Positions 9,109-18,951 are shown, numbered from the stretch's first letter. The stretch: 64,000 nt of DNA from Candidatus Kuenenia stuttgartensis (GCA_945897435.1 CAMDFJ010000004.1:10316-74315), one strand, 5' to 3'. The notes: generated by a model not told the origin, from the letters alone. Made by a program: numbers and translations.

Positions 9109-9600
9109 CTAGACTGGCCCGCCGGAATCGTCCATCCCGGGGAGCCTTCTCGCTCGGGCTGTCTTGGCGGCGGATGGGGCCCGCGCGGCGGCCCGTCGGC
9201 CCGGCCTGATGCCGTCTTTGGTTGGGGTCGTGTCGCCGTTCGTGCCCTGGTTCAAATCGCCGGGCCGCGAGGGCATCGGTGCGACGACCGGCTGGCCGTC
9301 ATCGTCGACGCCTGTCAGCAGCCGCACACGGGCCTCGACCCGGGACAACTCATGGTGCAGGTGACGCAGGATTCCCACGCCCCGCTCGTAGGCATCGATC
9401 GACTCCGAGAGCCCGATCGCACCCGACTCGAGACGGCTGACGATCTCCCCAAGGCGGGCGAGTCCGGCTTCAAACGAGAGAGACTGGGGCGAATCTGAGG
9501 CCGGCTGGTCTGGATCTGCATCCACGGCATCGTGAGTTGATGACGGGCCTGTCTGCTCGAATGACTGAGGGTCGAAGCCGAAATCGTCTGGATCTGGCAT
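9109..9600 (-). CDS. xseB: Exodeoxyribonuclease VII small subunit, with long N- and C-terminal extensions
   Basis: Core 'SFEAGLARLGEIVSRLESGAIGLSESIDAYERGVGILRHLHHELSRVEARV' matches the XseB helical hairpin. Start lies 4 nt after the xseA stop. Confidence 0.8.
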   Translation of the reverse strand: MPDPDDFGFDPQSFEQTGPSSTHDAVDADPDQPASDSPQSLSFEAGLARLGEIVSRLESGAIGLSESIDAYERGVGILRHLHHELSRVEARVRLLTGVDDDGQPVVAPMPSRPGDLNQGTNGDTTPTKDGIRPGRRAAARAPSAAKTARARRLPGMDDSGGPV

Positions 9601-9604
9601 GGGT

Positions 9605-10891
9605 TCATCTCCTTTCCGGGACTCTTGAAGGGCTTCTGGCTGGCGGCATCATCGCGGGTGATTCGACGATCCTCTGCACGGTGCTCCAGATCCGGCCGTC
9701 GGTCAGCTGCGTCACCAGTTCATCGCCGGCCTCGAGACCGGCGATCGACCTGAGGGCAGCCCCTTCCGGTCGCGTTGTCACCGAGTAGCCGCGGGCGAGG
9801 ATCTTGAGCGGGCTGCCTGCCTCGAGGCGGCCTGTTGCGGCCCGCAGCCGTTCAGCGGCCCGATCGACCGCGGAGGCCGCAAGCCGATGAAGCCGGTCCG
9901 CATGCTGCCCGACGGTGGTTCTTCGGTCGTCGATGATCCGACTGGGGTCGAGCAGTGTCCGGGATCTGGAGAGCAGGTCGAGCCGCTCCCGGGCCGTTTC
10001 GATCCGGCGGCCGAGGCCATCACGCAGCCGCGAAAGGGTCGTTGTCAGCGTCTCAACAAGGGCCCTGCCGTCGGGTGCGATCCGCACGGCCGCATCGGTG
10101 GGCGTCAGGGCCCGGACGTCGGCGGCGAGGTCGCTCAGCGAGACGTCAATCTCGTGCCCGACGCCCGAAACCACGGGCACCCGGCAGGCGGCCACCGCCC
10201 GGACGAGAACTTCCTCGTTGAAGGCCCAGAGGTCCTCGAGACTGCCACCGCCGCGGACGAGCGCGATCACGTCGACGGGGGGTGAAAGTCGGGCGGCGGT
10301 GTCGAGTGCGGAGGCGAGTTCCTCGGCCGCCCCGGCGCCCTGCACCCGCGAGGGCACGACGATCAGTTCGGCGCCGCGCCAGCGGCCGAGGAAGGTTTCC
10401 AGAAAGTCGGCGATGGCGGCGCCCGACGGACTCGTGACAACGGCCACACGTCTCGGGAATGGAGGCAGTGGCCGCTTCCGCGCCGGGTCGAACAGCCCCT
10501 CTCCCGCCAATTGTGCGTGCAGCCGCCGCAGCCGTGCCTCGAGCGCGCCTGTGCCCACGGCATGCAGCCGGTCGATCGTGAGCTGATAGGTGCCACGGGG
10601 TGGGTAGACCTCGATCCGCCCATGGCAGACCACCTCGAGACCGTCGGAGGGCTCGATCGCCAGCAGCGGCACCGCCCCCCGCCAGACGACCGCTCGCAGC
10701 AGGGCCGACTCATCCTTGAGGGAGAGGTAGATGTGACCGGACGAGGCGCGGGTCAGGTTCGAGATCTCGCCCGCCACCCAGACGTCGGCGAAACGCGCTT
10801 CGAGGGTCTCCTTGACTCGCGACGTGACCTCTGAAACGCTCAGGGCTTCCGGAGGCGGGCTGCGTTGGTCGTTCGTCGCGACTCTGCTCAT
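9605..10891 (-). CDS. xseA: Exodeoxyribonuclease VII large subunit
   Basis: 'VWVAGEISNLTRASSGHIYLSLKDE', 'VAVVTSPSGAAIADF', 'VRGGGSLEDLWAFNEE', 'VVSGVGHEIDVSLSDLAAD'. Start at ATG 10891 ('MSRVATND'). The rest of the 777-aa ORF is antisense to the MFS gene. Confidence 0.9.
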   Translation of the reverse strand: MSRVATNDQRSPPPEALSVSEVTSRVKETLEARFADVWVAGEISNLTRASSGHIYLSLKDESALLRAVVWRGAVPLLAIEPSDGLEVVCHGRIEVYPPRGTYQLTIDRLHAVGTGALEARLRRLHAQLAGEGLFDPARKRPLPPFPRRVAVVTSPSGAAIADFLETFLGRWRGAELIVVPSRVQGAGAAEELASALDTAARLSPPVDVIALVRGGGSLEDLWAFNEEVLVRAVAACRVPVVSGVGHEIDVSLSDLAADVRALTPTDAAVRIAPDGRALVETLTTTLSRLRDGLGRRIETARERLDLLSRSRTLLDPSRIIDDRRTTVGQHADRLHRLAASAVDRAAERLRAATGRLEAGSPLKILARGYSVTTRPEGAALRSIAGLEAGDELVTQLTDGRIWSTVQRIVESPAMMPPARSPSRVPERR

Positions 10892-10945
10892 GACGTGCCC
10901 GTGGCCGTTGACCTGCGGCCGAAGTCTACCATTCCCGGGGTCCGC

Positions 10946-12235
10946 ATGTCCGCCACCAATCAATCGACATCCGTTCCACCCGCCGAGACGACGCCGAGCA
11001 AGGCCGCGCTGGGCGTCATTTTCCTGACCGTCTTCATCGATCTGCTCGGCTTCGGCATCGTGCTGCCCGTGATGCCGAGGCAGGTCAAACCCTACCTCGA
11101 CGCCCTCGGCTTCTCGCCGCTCGCCGGCGGAGTCGTGATCGGTCTTTTGTTCTCGGTGTTCTCGCTGATGCAGTTCCTGTTCAGTCCGATCTGGGGCCGG
11201 CTCTCCGACCGGATCGGACGCCGTCCAATCCTGCTCCTGAGTCTGCTCGGCTCGGTCGTGTTCTACGCTCTCTACGGACTCGCGGTCACGCTGCCGGTGG
11301 CGCAGGCCGGTCTGGCGATCGGCCTGATGATGCTCTCCCGCGTCGGGGCCGGCATCGCCGGCGCCAGCGTTGGCACCGCCGCCGCCGTGATCGCCGACTC
11401 GACGACGCCAGACAACCGGGCCCGAGGAATGGCACTGATCGGGATCGCCTTCGGTGCCGGTTTCACGCTCGGCCCGCTGATCGCCTACTTCGGTCTGGCG
11501 CTGTTCTCGCGGCAGCCCTGGGGCGTGGGGGCGCTGGCTTCGATGCTTTCCCTGGTCGCGCTGATTTTCGCGGCCACGGTGTTTCGCGAAACCCGCCGCC
11601 CCGGAGCCGGTACGGCGAAGGATTTTTTCAGCCTTTCCCGCAGTCTCGACGTGCTCCGCCAGCCTTTGGTCGGCCCGCTCGTGCTGACCTACTTCCTCTC
11701 GATCTTCGCCTTCGCCAACTTCGAGGCCACCCTGGCCCGGTTCACGCAGGAGGGATTCGGGATGACCGACGACGACAACTTCCTCGTCTTCGCCTCGATC
11801 GGGGCGATGCTGATGGTCGCCGGAGGCCTCTACCGCCCGCTGGCCAAGCGATTCCCGGAATCGCGGCTGCTCAAGGCTGGACTGATGATGATGGCTGTCG
11901 GTCTCGGGGGTCTCGGGCTCGTGGCCTGGGCGGTGCACAACGATCCGGCAGGCTGGCAGAAACCGCTGTTCTATCTGGCGTCAGCGGCGGCGATCGCCGG
12001 ATTTGCATTCGTGAATCCATCGGTGTCGGCGCTGATCTCAAAACTGGCAGATGCCGACCGGCAGGGGGAGGTGCTCGGCGTCAACCAGTCGTTCGCCTCG
12101 CTGGGGCGGATCCTCGGGCCGTTCGCCGGCTCGCTCCTGTTCGCGATGCATCCCTCGCGGACGCTACCGTATCTGGTCGCGGTCGCGACCCTGGCGCTCG
12201 TGGCAATCCTTCAGCCGCGTGTCGCCAGGCGTTGA
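10946..12235 (+). CDS. MFS transporter (drug-efflux/Tet-like)
   Basis: Multiple hydrophobic spans. MFS loop motif 'GRLSDRIGRRPILL'. Start at ATG 10946 ('MSATNQS'). Confidence 0.85.
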   Translation: MSATNQSTSVPPAETTPSKAALGVIFLTVFIDLLGFGIVLPVMPRQVKPYLDALGFSPLAGGVVIGLLFSVFSLMQFLFSPIWGRLSDRIGRRPILLLSLLGSVVFYALYGLAVTLPVAQAGLAIGLMMLSRVGAGIAGASVGTAAAVIADSTTPDNRARGMALIGIAFGAGFTLGPLIAYFGLALFSRQPWGVGALASMLSLVALIFAATVFRETRRPGAGTAKDFFSLSRSLDVLRQPLVGPLVLTYFLSIFAFANFEATLARFTQEGFGMTDDDNFLVFASIGAMLMVAGGLYRPLAKRFPESRLLKAGLMMMAVGLGGLGLVAWAVHNDPAGWQKPLFYLASAAAIAGFAFVNPSVSALISKLADADRQGEVLGVNQSFASLGRILGPFAGSLLFAMHPSRTLPYLVAVATLALVAILQPRVARR

Positions 12236-12294
12236 GTGATGGCTCCCAGCCCCCTATCGGCCCCGCTCCGGGGTCACCCGGCCAACGTTCAGCC

Positions 12295-13200
12295 ATGAAA
12301 TTCGCAGCACCGCTCCCGATTGTGGCCGCCCCGCGACGTTCCCCGGCCGCGGCCTGCGCCGACTGGAGTGGAGGCCGCGGCCTGCTCGTCGTCGGGCACG
12401 GAACGGCCGACAGCGTCGGCGCCGCCGAAACCCGTGAGATCGCCGACCGTGTGGCTGAACTGCTGGGAAATGTCCCGGTGGAACTCGGATTCCTGGAGGT
12501 CATCGGGCCCACGATCGACGAGGCGCTCGAGCGGCTGGCCCGCCGCGGCTGCCACGAGATCGTGGCGGCCCCGCTGCTGCTGTTCACGGCCGGGCATGCC
12601 CGTCGCGACGTGCCCGAGGCCATCGCCTCGTCCGCGGCCAGGCTCGGACTCGAGGTCAGGCAGTCGGCGGCGTTCGGCTGCCATCCGCAGATCGTTGCGA
12701 TCTCCCGTCAGCGTCGCTGCGAGACACTCCATGCCCTGGTGCCACTGGCCCCGGAGGAAACGGTTCTGCTGATGGTCGGGAGGGGCTCGAGCGATCCGGC
12801 CGCGGCAGGTCAGTTGGCCGAATTCGCCCAGGCCACGATCGAACCTGGGCCCCACGCCGTCGGGCGGGACATCTCCTGCGGCCGGACGATCTTCGGGTTC
12901 GTCGCCGCGGCCCGCCCCACGGTTCCCGAGGCGATCGAGATCGCGTCAGGGGTTGAAAATGTCCGTCGGGTGATCGTGCAACCGCACCTTTTGTTCCGCG
13001 GCCACGTAGAAGAGCAGGTCGAGGCCTGCCTCCGCGGCGCCCGCGAAGCGCATCCGCAGATCGAATGGGTGCAGGTGCGTCGGCTCGGCCCAGACCCGCT
13101 CGTGGCCGCCGCGCTCGTCGACAGGGCCACCGCCGTGGTCTGGAACGGCATGCGAGATGGTTTTTCAGAGCGAAAGACGATCTCGCCAGACGGGGCGTGA
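12295..13200 (+). CDS. cbiX: Sirohydrochlorin cobalto/ferrochelatase, two-domain CbiX type
   Basis: Duplicated 'LLVVGHGT...' and 'LLMVGRGSSDP...' half-domains, plus 'VAAPLLLFTAGHARRD' and 'VQPHLLFRGH'. Alternative TTG start at 12232 overlaps the MFS stop. Confidence 0.8.
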   Translation: MKFAAPLPIVAAPRRSPAAACADWSGGRGLLVVGHGTADSVGAAETREIADRVAELLGNVPVELGFLEVIGPTIDEALERLARRGCHEIVAAPLLLFTAGHARRDVPEAIASSAARLGLEVRQSAAFGCHPQIVAISRQRRCETLHALVPLAPEETVLLMVGRGSSDPAAAGQLAEFAQATIEPGPHAVGRDISCGRTIFGFVAAARPTVPEAIEIASGVENVRRVIVQPHLLFRGHVEEQVEACLRGAREAHPQIEWVQVRRLGPDPLVAAALVDRATAVVWNGMRDGFSERKTISPDGA

Positions 13201-13261
13201 GATGGCACAATGCAGCGTTGCGAACGGAGTCCCGAACGGTTTCCTTGAGAGGAACGGCATC

Positions 13262-15466
13262 ATGGGCATGACGGATCTGAGGCAGGCTGGTCGGGGGCTG
13301 GAGTTCAACCGGATGGCGGGGCGACTCGCCGGGAGGATGCCCGCGGCCGTCCGTGTCGTGGCCTTCGCGCTCGGGCTGTCACTCCTTGCAGCCGCGGCAG
13401 GCCGGGCGGAGCAGCCCCCCACGGCCCTCGCCGCCAACGCGGTCCAGCAGACCGCGGCCAAGCCGGGGCCCAACGACCGGCAGATCACGCTCGCCGTCCG
13501 CAGCTACCTCGAGCGGGAGCACTTCACCCGCAGGCCGATCGATGACGAGATCGCCCGTCGCTGGTTTGGGATCTTCATCGAGTCGCTCGATCCGATGAAA
13601 AACTATTTTCTGCAGAGCGACATCGATGCCTTCACGCAGAAGCGGGATTCGCTCGACGACCTCGTCAAGCGAGGCGATGTGAGCTTCGCCTACGAGGTCT
13701 ACAACCGCTTTCTCGAGCGGGTCGACGCCCGACTGCCGCTGATTGAGAAGCTGATCAACATGCCGCACGACTTCACCAAGCCGGAGTCGATCATCGTCGA
13801 TCGCGACGACACCGTCTGGGCGGCGAACGAGGCCGAGGCCGAGGACAATTGGCGGAAGCGGATCAAGTACGACCTGCTGGTTCAGAAGATGGAAAAGACG
13901 CCCCCCGAGGAGGCGAAGGACAAGCTCCGTCGCCGCTATGCGAGCTTCTCCAAGCGGATGCACCAGATGACGGCCGACGAACTGCTCGAAACCTACCTCT
14001 CGTCGCTCACCAGCAGCCTCGATCCGCACACCAGTTTCATGTCCCCGGGCACGCTCGAGAACTTCGAGATCGGGATGCGGCTCCAGCTCGACGGCATCGG
14101 CGCCTCGCTCAAGGGTGAGGACGGCTATACGACGGTGGCCGAACTGGTCCCCGGCGGGGCCGCCGACAGGGACGGACGGCTTCAGAAAAAGGACCGCATC
14201 CTCGGCGTGGGGCAGGGGGCCGGAGGCGAGATCGTCGACGTCGTCGACCTCAACCTCAACGAGGTCGTGAAACTCGTCCGCGGCAAGCGTGGCACGATCG
14301 TGCGGCTGAAGGTGGTTCCCGTAGGTCAGACAGCCCCGAAGATCTACGACATCACCAGGGCCAAGATCGAACTCAAGGACAGTGAGGCCCGTGGCGAGGT
14401 GATCGAGGAGGGCCGCAAGCCCGACGGAACCCCCTACCGGATCGGCGTCATCAACCTGCCGAGCTTCTACATGGACATGGCCGGAGCCCGTCAGGGACAG
14501 GCGGAATACAAGAGCAGCACCCGCGACACCAAGCGGTTGCTCGACGAGTTCAGGCAGAAGGGGGTCGATTGCGTCGTCCTCGATCTGCGGAACAACGGCG
14601 GTGGCTCGCTGCCCGAGTCGATCTCGCTGACGGGCCTGTTCATCGACAGCGGGCCGGTGGTGCAGATCAAGGACGCCGACAAGCGGGTGCAGCAGTATGA
14701 CGACGTCGATCCAGGCGTCTCCTGGGACGGTCCGCTCGTCGTGCTGACCAACAAGTTCAGCGCCAGTGCCAGCGAGATCGTGGCCGGTGCCATCCAAGAC
14801 TACGGTCGGGGACTCGTGATCGGCGACAACGCCACCCACGGCAAGGGGACGGTGCAGAGCCTGCTCGATCTTGGGCGGCAGCTTTTTCAGCGTCTGCCAA
14901 ACGCCCCCTCGCTCGGCGCCATCAAGATCACGATGCAGCAGTTCTACAGGCCGGGCGGTCTGAGCACCCAACTCGAGGGCGTGAAGAGCGACGTCGAACT
15001 GCCGAGCATCACCACGCATCTGCCGGTGGGCGAATCGGATCTCGACCATGCCATCGCCTTCGACAAGGTTCCGCAGGCCACGTTCCAGCCGAGTGGTCGC
15101 GTCTCGGTCGACATGCTCAAGACGCTGCGTGACCGCTCCGCGAAGCGTATCGCCGACAGCAAGGATTTCGCCAAGGTCCAGCAGGACATCGCCCAATACC
15201 GGAAGCGAAAGAACGAAAAGACGATCTCGCTCGTCGAGTCGGAGTTTGAACGGCAGTGGAACGAGGGGAAGGCCGCCGATGACGAGGAGAAGAAACTCGA
15301 GGAATCGGCCGATCCGAAGCGACCGGTCGTGAAGCGGGACTACTACTTCGGCGAGGCGATGAATGTCTCGGTGGACTACCTCAACATGCTCAAGGGAGGC
15401 GCCGCCGGCCTGGCCCGCACCGCGACCACGACTGAGCCCCAGGAACTGCAGCCTGTCGGCCGATAG
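13262..15466 (+). CDS. S41 family C-terminal processing (tail-specific) peptidase
   Basis: PDZ block followed by 'LDLRNNGGGSL', 'NKFSASASEIVAGAIQD', 'GDNATHGKGTVQ' (Ser/Lys dyad region). Signal-like 'VVAFALGLSLLAAAAGRA'. GAGAGGAA lies 7 nt upstream of ATG 13262. Alternative start at 13202. Confidence 0.88.
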   Translation: MGMTDLRQAGRGLEFNRMAGRLAGRMPAAVRVVAFALGLSLLAAAAGRAEQPPTALAANAVQQTAAKPGPNDRQITLAVRSYLEREHFTRRPIDDEIARRWFGIFIESLDPMKNYFLQSDIDAFTQKRDSLDDLVKRGDVSFAYEVYNRFLERVDARLPLIEKLINMPHDFTKPESIIVDRDDTVWAANEAEAEDNWRKRIKYDLLVQKMEKTPPEEAKDKLRRRYASFSKRMHQMTADELLETYLSSLTSSLDPHTSFMSPGTLENFEIGMRLQLDGIGASLKGEDGYTTVAELVPGGAADRDGRLQKKDRILGVGQGAGGEIVDVVDLNLNEVVKLVRGKRGTIVRLKVVPVGQTAPKIYDITRAKIELKDSEARGEVIEEGRKPDGTPYRIGVINLPSFYMDMAGARQGQAEYKSSTRDTKRLLDEFRQKGVDCVVLDLRNNGGGSLPESISLTGLFIDSGPVVQIKDADKRVQQYDDVDPGVSWDGPLVVLTNKFSASASEIVAGAIQDYGRGLVIGDNATHGKGTVQSLLDLGRQLFQRLPNAPSLGAIKITMQQFYRPGGLSTQLEGVKSDVELPSITTHLPVGESDLDHAIAFDKVPQATFQPSGRVSVDMLKTLRDRSAKRIADSKDFAKVQQDIAQYRKRKNEKTISLVESEFERQWNEGKAADDEEKKLEESADPKRPVVKRDYYFGEAMNVSVDYLNMLKGGAAGLARTATTTEPQELQPVGR

Positions 15467-15546
15467 CCGGGTTCATGCACACGAAGGGCCAGAGCGACGA
15501 GACTTTTGCCGCCAAGAAGCCGGCACGACTCGCTTCCGCAAACATA

Positions 15547-15566
15547 CGGCATCCTGCCGTTGTTTG
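15547..15566 (+). terminator. Weak hairpin plus T-rich tail downstream of the S41 peptidase gene
   Basis: CGGCA-TCC-TGCCG followed by TTGTTTG. The stem is short, so this is low confidence. Confidence 0.25.
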
Positions 15567-15576
15567 CCCGGCCGGC

Positions 15577-16434
15577 TCATAGGTTTGCTGCCGCCAGGAT
15601 TGCGTCGATGCCCTTGAAGGAGTCAGGGTAGGCGAGCCTGAGCGGGATGTCGTGAAACAGCAGTCCCGGATCGACCCGTTTGTCGGCGCCTCGTGTCCGG
15701 GTCGCAGTGGTGTCCCATGTTGGCGGTGGGCTGCCCGACTGCCGGGCCAGATGGGCATACCAATCGCGGCGTCGGACCGGCACTCCGTCGGAAACGACAT
15801 ACAGTGATCTTGCCGCCGGGGCCGCCGTCACGGCTGACACCACCTGAGCCGCATCGTCGACATGGATCAGGTTCAGCCAACTGTCGGGATCGGCGGCGAT
15901 CGGCCTGCCGGCCCTGAGATCCTCGAGCCGCGGCAGCCGGCCCGGTCCGTAGAGGCCGGCGAACCGAAGTGCCGTTCCGCGATCGCCAACCCGCGACTGC
16001 ACCAATGCCTCGGCCTCGAGCAGCACGACGCCCGCCTCACGGGAAGGATGGGCCGGCGTCGATTCGTTCACCGCAGCGCCGTCGTCGTTGCCCCAGACAC
16101 CGGTCGAACTCGAAAGGATCGTCCGGGGCCGTGGCGGGAGCCGATCGAGAATACGGCCGAGTCCGAGCAGGTGCACATCCCTCGGGGTCGAACCCGCCGT
16201 CCGATCGAAGCCGACGGCCCAGAACAGCGTCTCGACCGGCGGCAGTTCGGGAATCGAATCGGGCATGGAGACGTCGCCGATCAGCGGATGGATGCCGAGG
16301 GCGGCCAGTTCGCGGGCCCGTTCCTGCGACCGTGTCAGTCCCCAGACCCGGGAGCCCTGCGACAGCCATAGGGCCGCAACCCGGCGGCCCAGATAGCCGC
16401 AGCCGACGATCAGCCGTGAGGGGGTTTCGATCAT
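15577..16434 (-). CDS. NAD(P)-binding Rossmann-fold protein (SDR / epimerase-dehydratase-like)
   Basis: N-terminal 'LIVGCGYLGRRVA' dinucleotide-binding motif. ATGA overlap with the ruvX stop. Confidence 0.75.
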   Translation of the reverse strand: MIETPSRLIVGCGYLGRRVAALWLSQGSRVWGLTRSQERARELAALGIHPLIGDVSMPDSIPELPPVETLFWAVGFDRTAGSTPRDVHLLGLGRILDRLPPRPRTILSSSTGVWGNDDGAAVNESTPAHPSREAGVVLLEAEALVQSRVGDRGTALRFAGLYGPGRLPRLEDLRAGRPIAADPDSWLNLIHVDDAAQVVSAVTAAPAARSLYVVSDGVPVRRRDWYAHLARQSGSPPPTWDTTATRTRGADKRVDPGLLFHDIPLRLAYPDSFKGIDAILAAANL

Positions 16435-16913
16435 GCGTCGAGAGGCCCGGGTCGATCACGCCTGCCACCCGCAGCCTCGGCCTCCATCCAGTCGGAGAGC
16501 AGGATCTGCGCCGCAAGCGAATCGGTGCGGGCCTTCTTGCGGCCACGGGACAGGCCCAGGCCGGCGAGTTTCCCTGCAGCCTCGACCGACGTGTAACGCT
16601 CGTCTTGAAAGACGACGGGACGTGAGGTCGCCTCTCTGAGCCAGGCCCCGAACCGCTCCACCTCGACCGACATCCGGCTCTCCGACCCATCTGCATGGAT
16701 CGGCAGGCCGACCACAAAGCCCACGATCTCCTCGTCGGCGATGAGCTGCCGGTAATAGGCGGCCTCGGCCTCCGGGTCGCTGCCCGGCTGCCGCATGGCG
16801 AAGGGGCTGGCGATGATCCTCGCCGCATCGCAGATGGCGATCCCGATCCGCTTGCGGCCGTAGTCGATGCCGGCGACGCGGCCGGAAGGAATGCTCGAGC
16901 GGCCCGCGGTCAT
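16431..16913 (-). CDS. ruvX: Holliday junction resolvase-like / pre-16S rRNA nuclease (YqgF)
   Basis: 'VAGIDYGRKRIGIAICD', 'IVGFVVGLPIHADGSES', 'VVFQDERYTSVEA' are typical YqgF/RuvX motifs. ATGA overlaps at both ends. Confidence 0.88.
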   Translation of the reverse strand: MTAGRSSIPSGRVAGIDYGRKRIGIAICDAARIIASPFAMRQPGSDPEAEAAYYRQLIADEEIVGFVVGLPIHADGSESRMSVEVERFGAWLREATSRPVVFQDERYTSVEAAGKLAGLGLSRGRKKARTDSLAAQILLSDWMEAEAAGGRRDRPGPLDA

Positions 16914-17887
16914 CTTCCGGCCCCGGGTGGGTCGTCGGGAAAGCGACCGGTTTCGAGGAATGAAACCGTGGCCTGCTGGACGGTCGGATTCTTCATCATC
17001 GCGGCATGGTTGACCGGCACGAGCAGGAAGTCGTCCGCGCCTTCGAGCCTCGTCTCTTCAACCCGCACGACGGCATCGTCGTCACCCGCCAGCAGGCTGC
17101 TGTATCCGCGATCGTCTCCCTTTCCGCCGGCGACGATGCCGAACGGGCAGGACGGAACCGCGAGCGTCGGCGAAACCTTGGCCCAGTCGACCACGAGATC
17201 CCGGGCGGCACCGTCCGCGAGCGAGGCAAGAATCCAGAATCTGGATGCCATTCGAGCCAGATCTGAGCCCTGATTGGGAGCGCCAAGCATCACCATCCTG
17301 TGGGCGCGGGCGAGATCCGCCGCGGCGGCCAGCGACATCCAGCGCCGGACGACGAGGTTGCCGAGGCTGTGGCCGACGAAACTGATCCGATCGGCGTCTG
17401 GCAGTCCCGCGACGACACTGTCGAGCGATCGGCCGTGGTCATCGATTCCGGCCCGGGAACTGGCGTACCCGAACGAGAGCACGTTTGCATCGAGCCGGTT
17501 TCGCAGGTGCTCGACGAGCGGCTGCATCGACGAGCGGCCCTCGCCGAGGCCGTGGAGCACGATCACGGTCGGCCCGCGGACTGCGGGGATCCGGCCCTCG
17601 GTCTCGAGAGCGCGGAATCGTGCCAGACAGGTATCGCGATCTCCTTCAAGGATGCAGCGATCCGTCGGGTCGAGGATCCTGGCGGCGTCGGTGGTCGGCC
17701 TCCGTTGCAGCCTCCAGTCCTGCCGCACGAGTTCGTCAGACCATTCGAGGGCCTCGGCCGCCCTTTGCAGCGATGCCACCCAGGCGGCGTCGGCGGGCGA
17801 TGCCGCCTGCTCCTGGGCGGGAGAGGACGCAGCCGCGAGCGCAATCCAGCCGGCAGCCAGCCAGCAGGTCAGAGGAATTCGTGCCAA
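16910..17887 (-). CDS. Exported alpha/beta-hydrolase (lipase/esterase-like)
   Basis: 'VIVLHGLGEG' and nucleophile elbow 'GHSLG'. Proposed TTG start at 17887 gives a signal peptide 'MARIPLTCWLAAGWIALAAASSPAQE', with GGAGAAACGGGG immediately upstream. The N-terminal 135 aa of the 461-aa ORF overlap the upstream gene and are rejected. Confidence 0.7.
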   Translation of the reverse strand: MARIPLTCWLAAGWIALAAASSPAQEQAASPADAAWVASLQRAAEALEWSDELVRQDWRLQRRPTTDAARILDPTDRCILEGDRDTCLARFRALETEGRIPAVRGPTVIVLHGLGEGRSSMQPLVEHLRNRLDANVLSFGYASSRAGIDDHGRSLDSVVAGLPDADRISFVGHSLGNLVVRRWMSLAAAADLARAHRMVMLGAPNQGSDLARMASRFWILASLADGAARDLVVDWAKVSPTLAVPSCPFGIVAGGKGDDRGYSSLLAGDDDAVVRVEETRLEGADDFLLVPVNHAAMMKNPTVQQATVSFLETGRFPDDPPGAGR

Positions 17888-18951
17888 CCCCGTTTCTCCA
17901 GTTCGGCCACCACCCTGCGGACGGCCTCCTCGTGGGCCCGATTGGCCACCAGCGTGGCGTCGGGCGTGTGCACCACAAGCATATCCTCGAGGCCCATCGT
18001 GACGACCAGATGGTCGTCGCTGCCGTGGACGATCGTACGGACGGAGTCGATGCCGAGGTGGCGGCCGACGATCGTGTTTCCTTCGGCGTTGCCCCCCAGT
18101 TGGCGTGCCACGGCTGACCAGCCGCCGAGATCGTCCCAGCCGAAGGGCGCCTCGACGACGACAACGTCGGCGGCATGCTCGAGCACCGCGTAGTCGATCG
18201 AGATCCCCTTGATAGCGGCGAATTCCCGGGCGAAGACGGCGTTCCGTTGGGGCGTGTTCCAGGCCGCGGCGATCGTCTCGAGTCGGGCCAGACACTCGGG
18301 CTGATGGGCTGCCAGGGCCTCGATGATGGTGGCGGCCTTCCAGACGAAGATCCCCGCGTTCCAGAGGTAGTTGCCTGCCGCCAGATACTCCTTGGCCACG
18401 CTGGCCGGCGGCTTCTCCCGGAACTGTGCGACCCGGGTCACCGTGGCGGTGCCATGCGGCCGGGCCAGCTTCTCAGCCTGCTGGATGTAGCCGAAGCCCT
18501 CGGCCGGATAGGTGGGACGGATTCCGAAGGTCACCAGGCGGCCGGGAGATTCCTCGACGAGCGCGGCCGCCTGAAGAATCGCCTCTCGAAACCGCTCCGC
18601 CGGCTGGATGACATGGTCGGAGGGCATAACGGCCATGGTGGCCTCGGGATCCTGCTGCAAGACGAGCAGCGCCGCGAGGCCGACGCAGGGGGCTGTGTCG
18701 CGTTTGCAGGGCTCACCGACGAGGCCCGACTCGGGGAGTGCTGGCAGTTGGGAACGGACCGCGGGCAGCAGTCGCTCCGAGGTCACGATCATGAGCCGTT
18801 CGGGCGGCACGAGCCCCTCGAGGCGATCGACCGTGTCCTCGAGCAGGGTTTTCTTGCCGGCCAGCGGCAGGAGTTGCTTCGGCAGTCCGGCCCGGCTGGC
18901 GGGCCAGAAGCGGGTGCCGGATCCCCCGGCCATCACGATTGCATGGAGCAT
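17869..18951 (-). CDS. Mannose-1-phosphate guanylyltransferase (nucleotidyltransferase only, no PMI domain)
   Basis: 'MAGGSGTRFWPASRAGLPKQLL' NTP-transferase signature. Length about 360 aa. Confidence 0.85.
   Translation of the reverse strand: MLHAIVMAGGSGTRFWPASRAGLPKQLLPLAGKKTLLEDTVDRLEGLVPPERLMIVTSERLLPAVRSQLPALPESGLVGEPCKRDTAPCVGLAALLVLQQDPEATMAVMPSDHVIQPAERFREAILQAAALVEESPGRLVTFGIRPTYPAEGFGYIQQAEKLARPHGTATVTRVAQFREKPPASVAKEYLAAGNYLWNAGIFVWKAATIIEALAAHQPECLARLETIAAAWNTPQRNAVFAREFAAIKGISIDYAVLEHAADVVVVEAPFGWDDLGGWSAVARQLGGNAEGNTIVGRHLGIDSVRTIVHGSDDHLVVTMGLEDMLVVHTPDATLVANRAHEEAVRRVVAELEKRGWHEFL

Noticed and set aside
9605-11938. 777-aa minus-strand ORF suggesting a giant XseA
   Set aside because: Only the C-terminal 428 aa (from ATG 10891) look like XseA. 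The N-terminal ~350 aa are charge-biased low-complexity (E/R/G/H/Q-rich) and lie exactly antisense to a convincing MFS transporter gene. This is typical spurious ORF extension in G+C-rich DNA.
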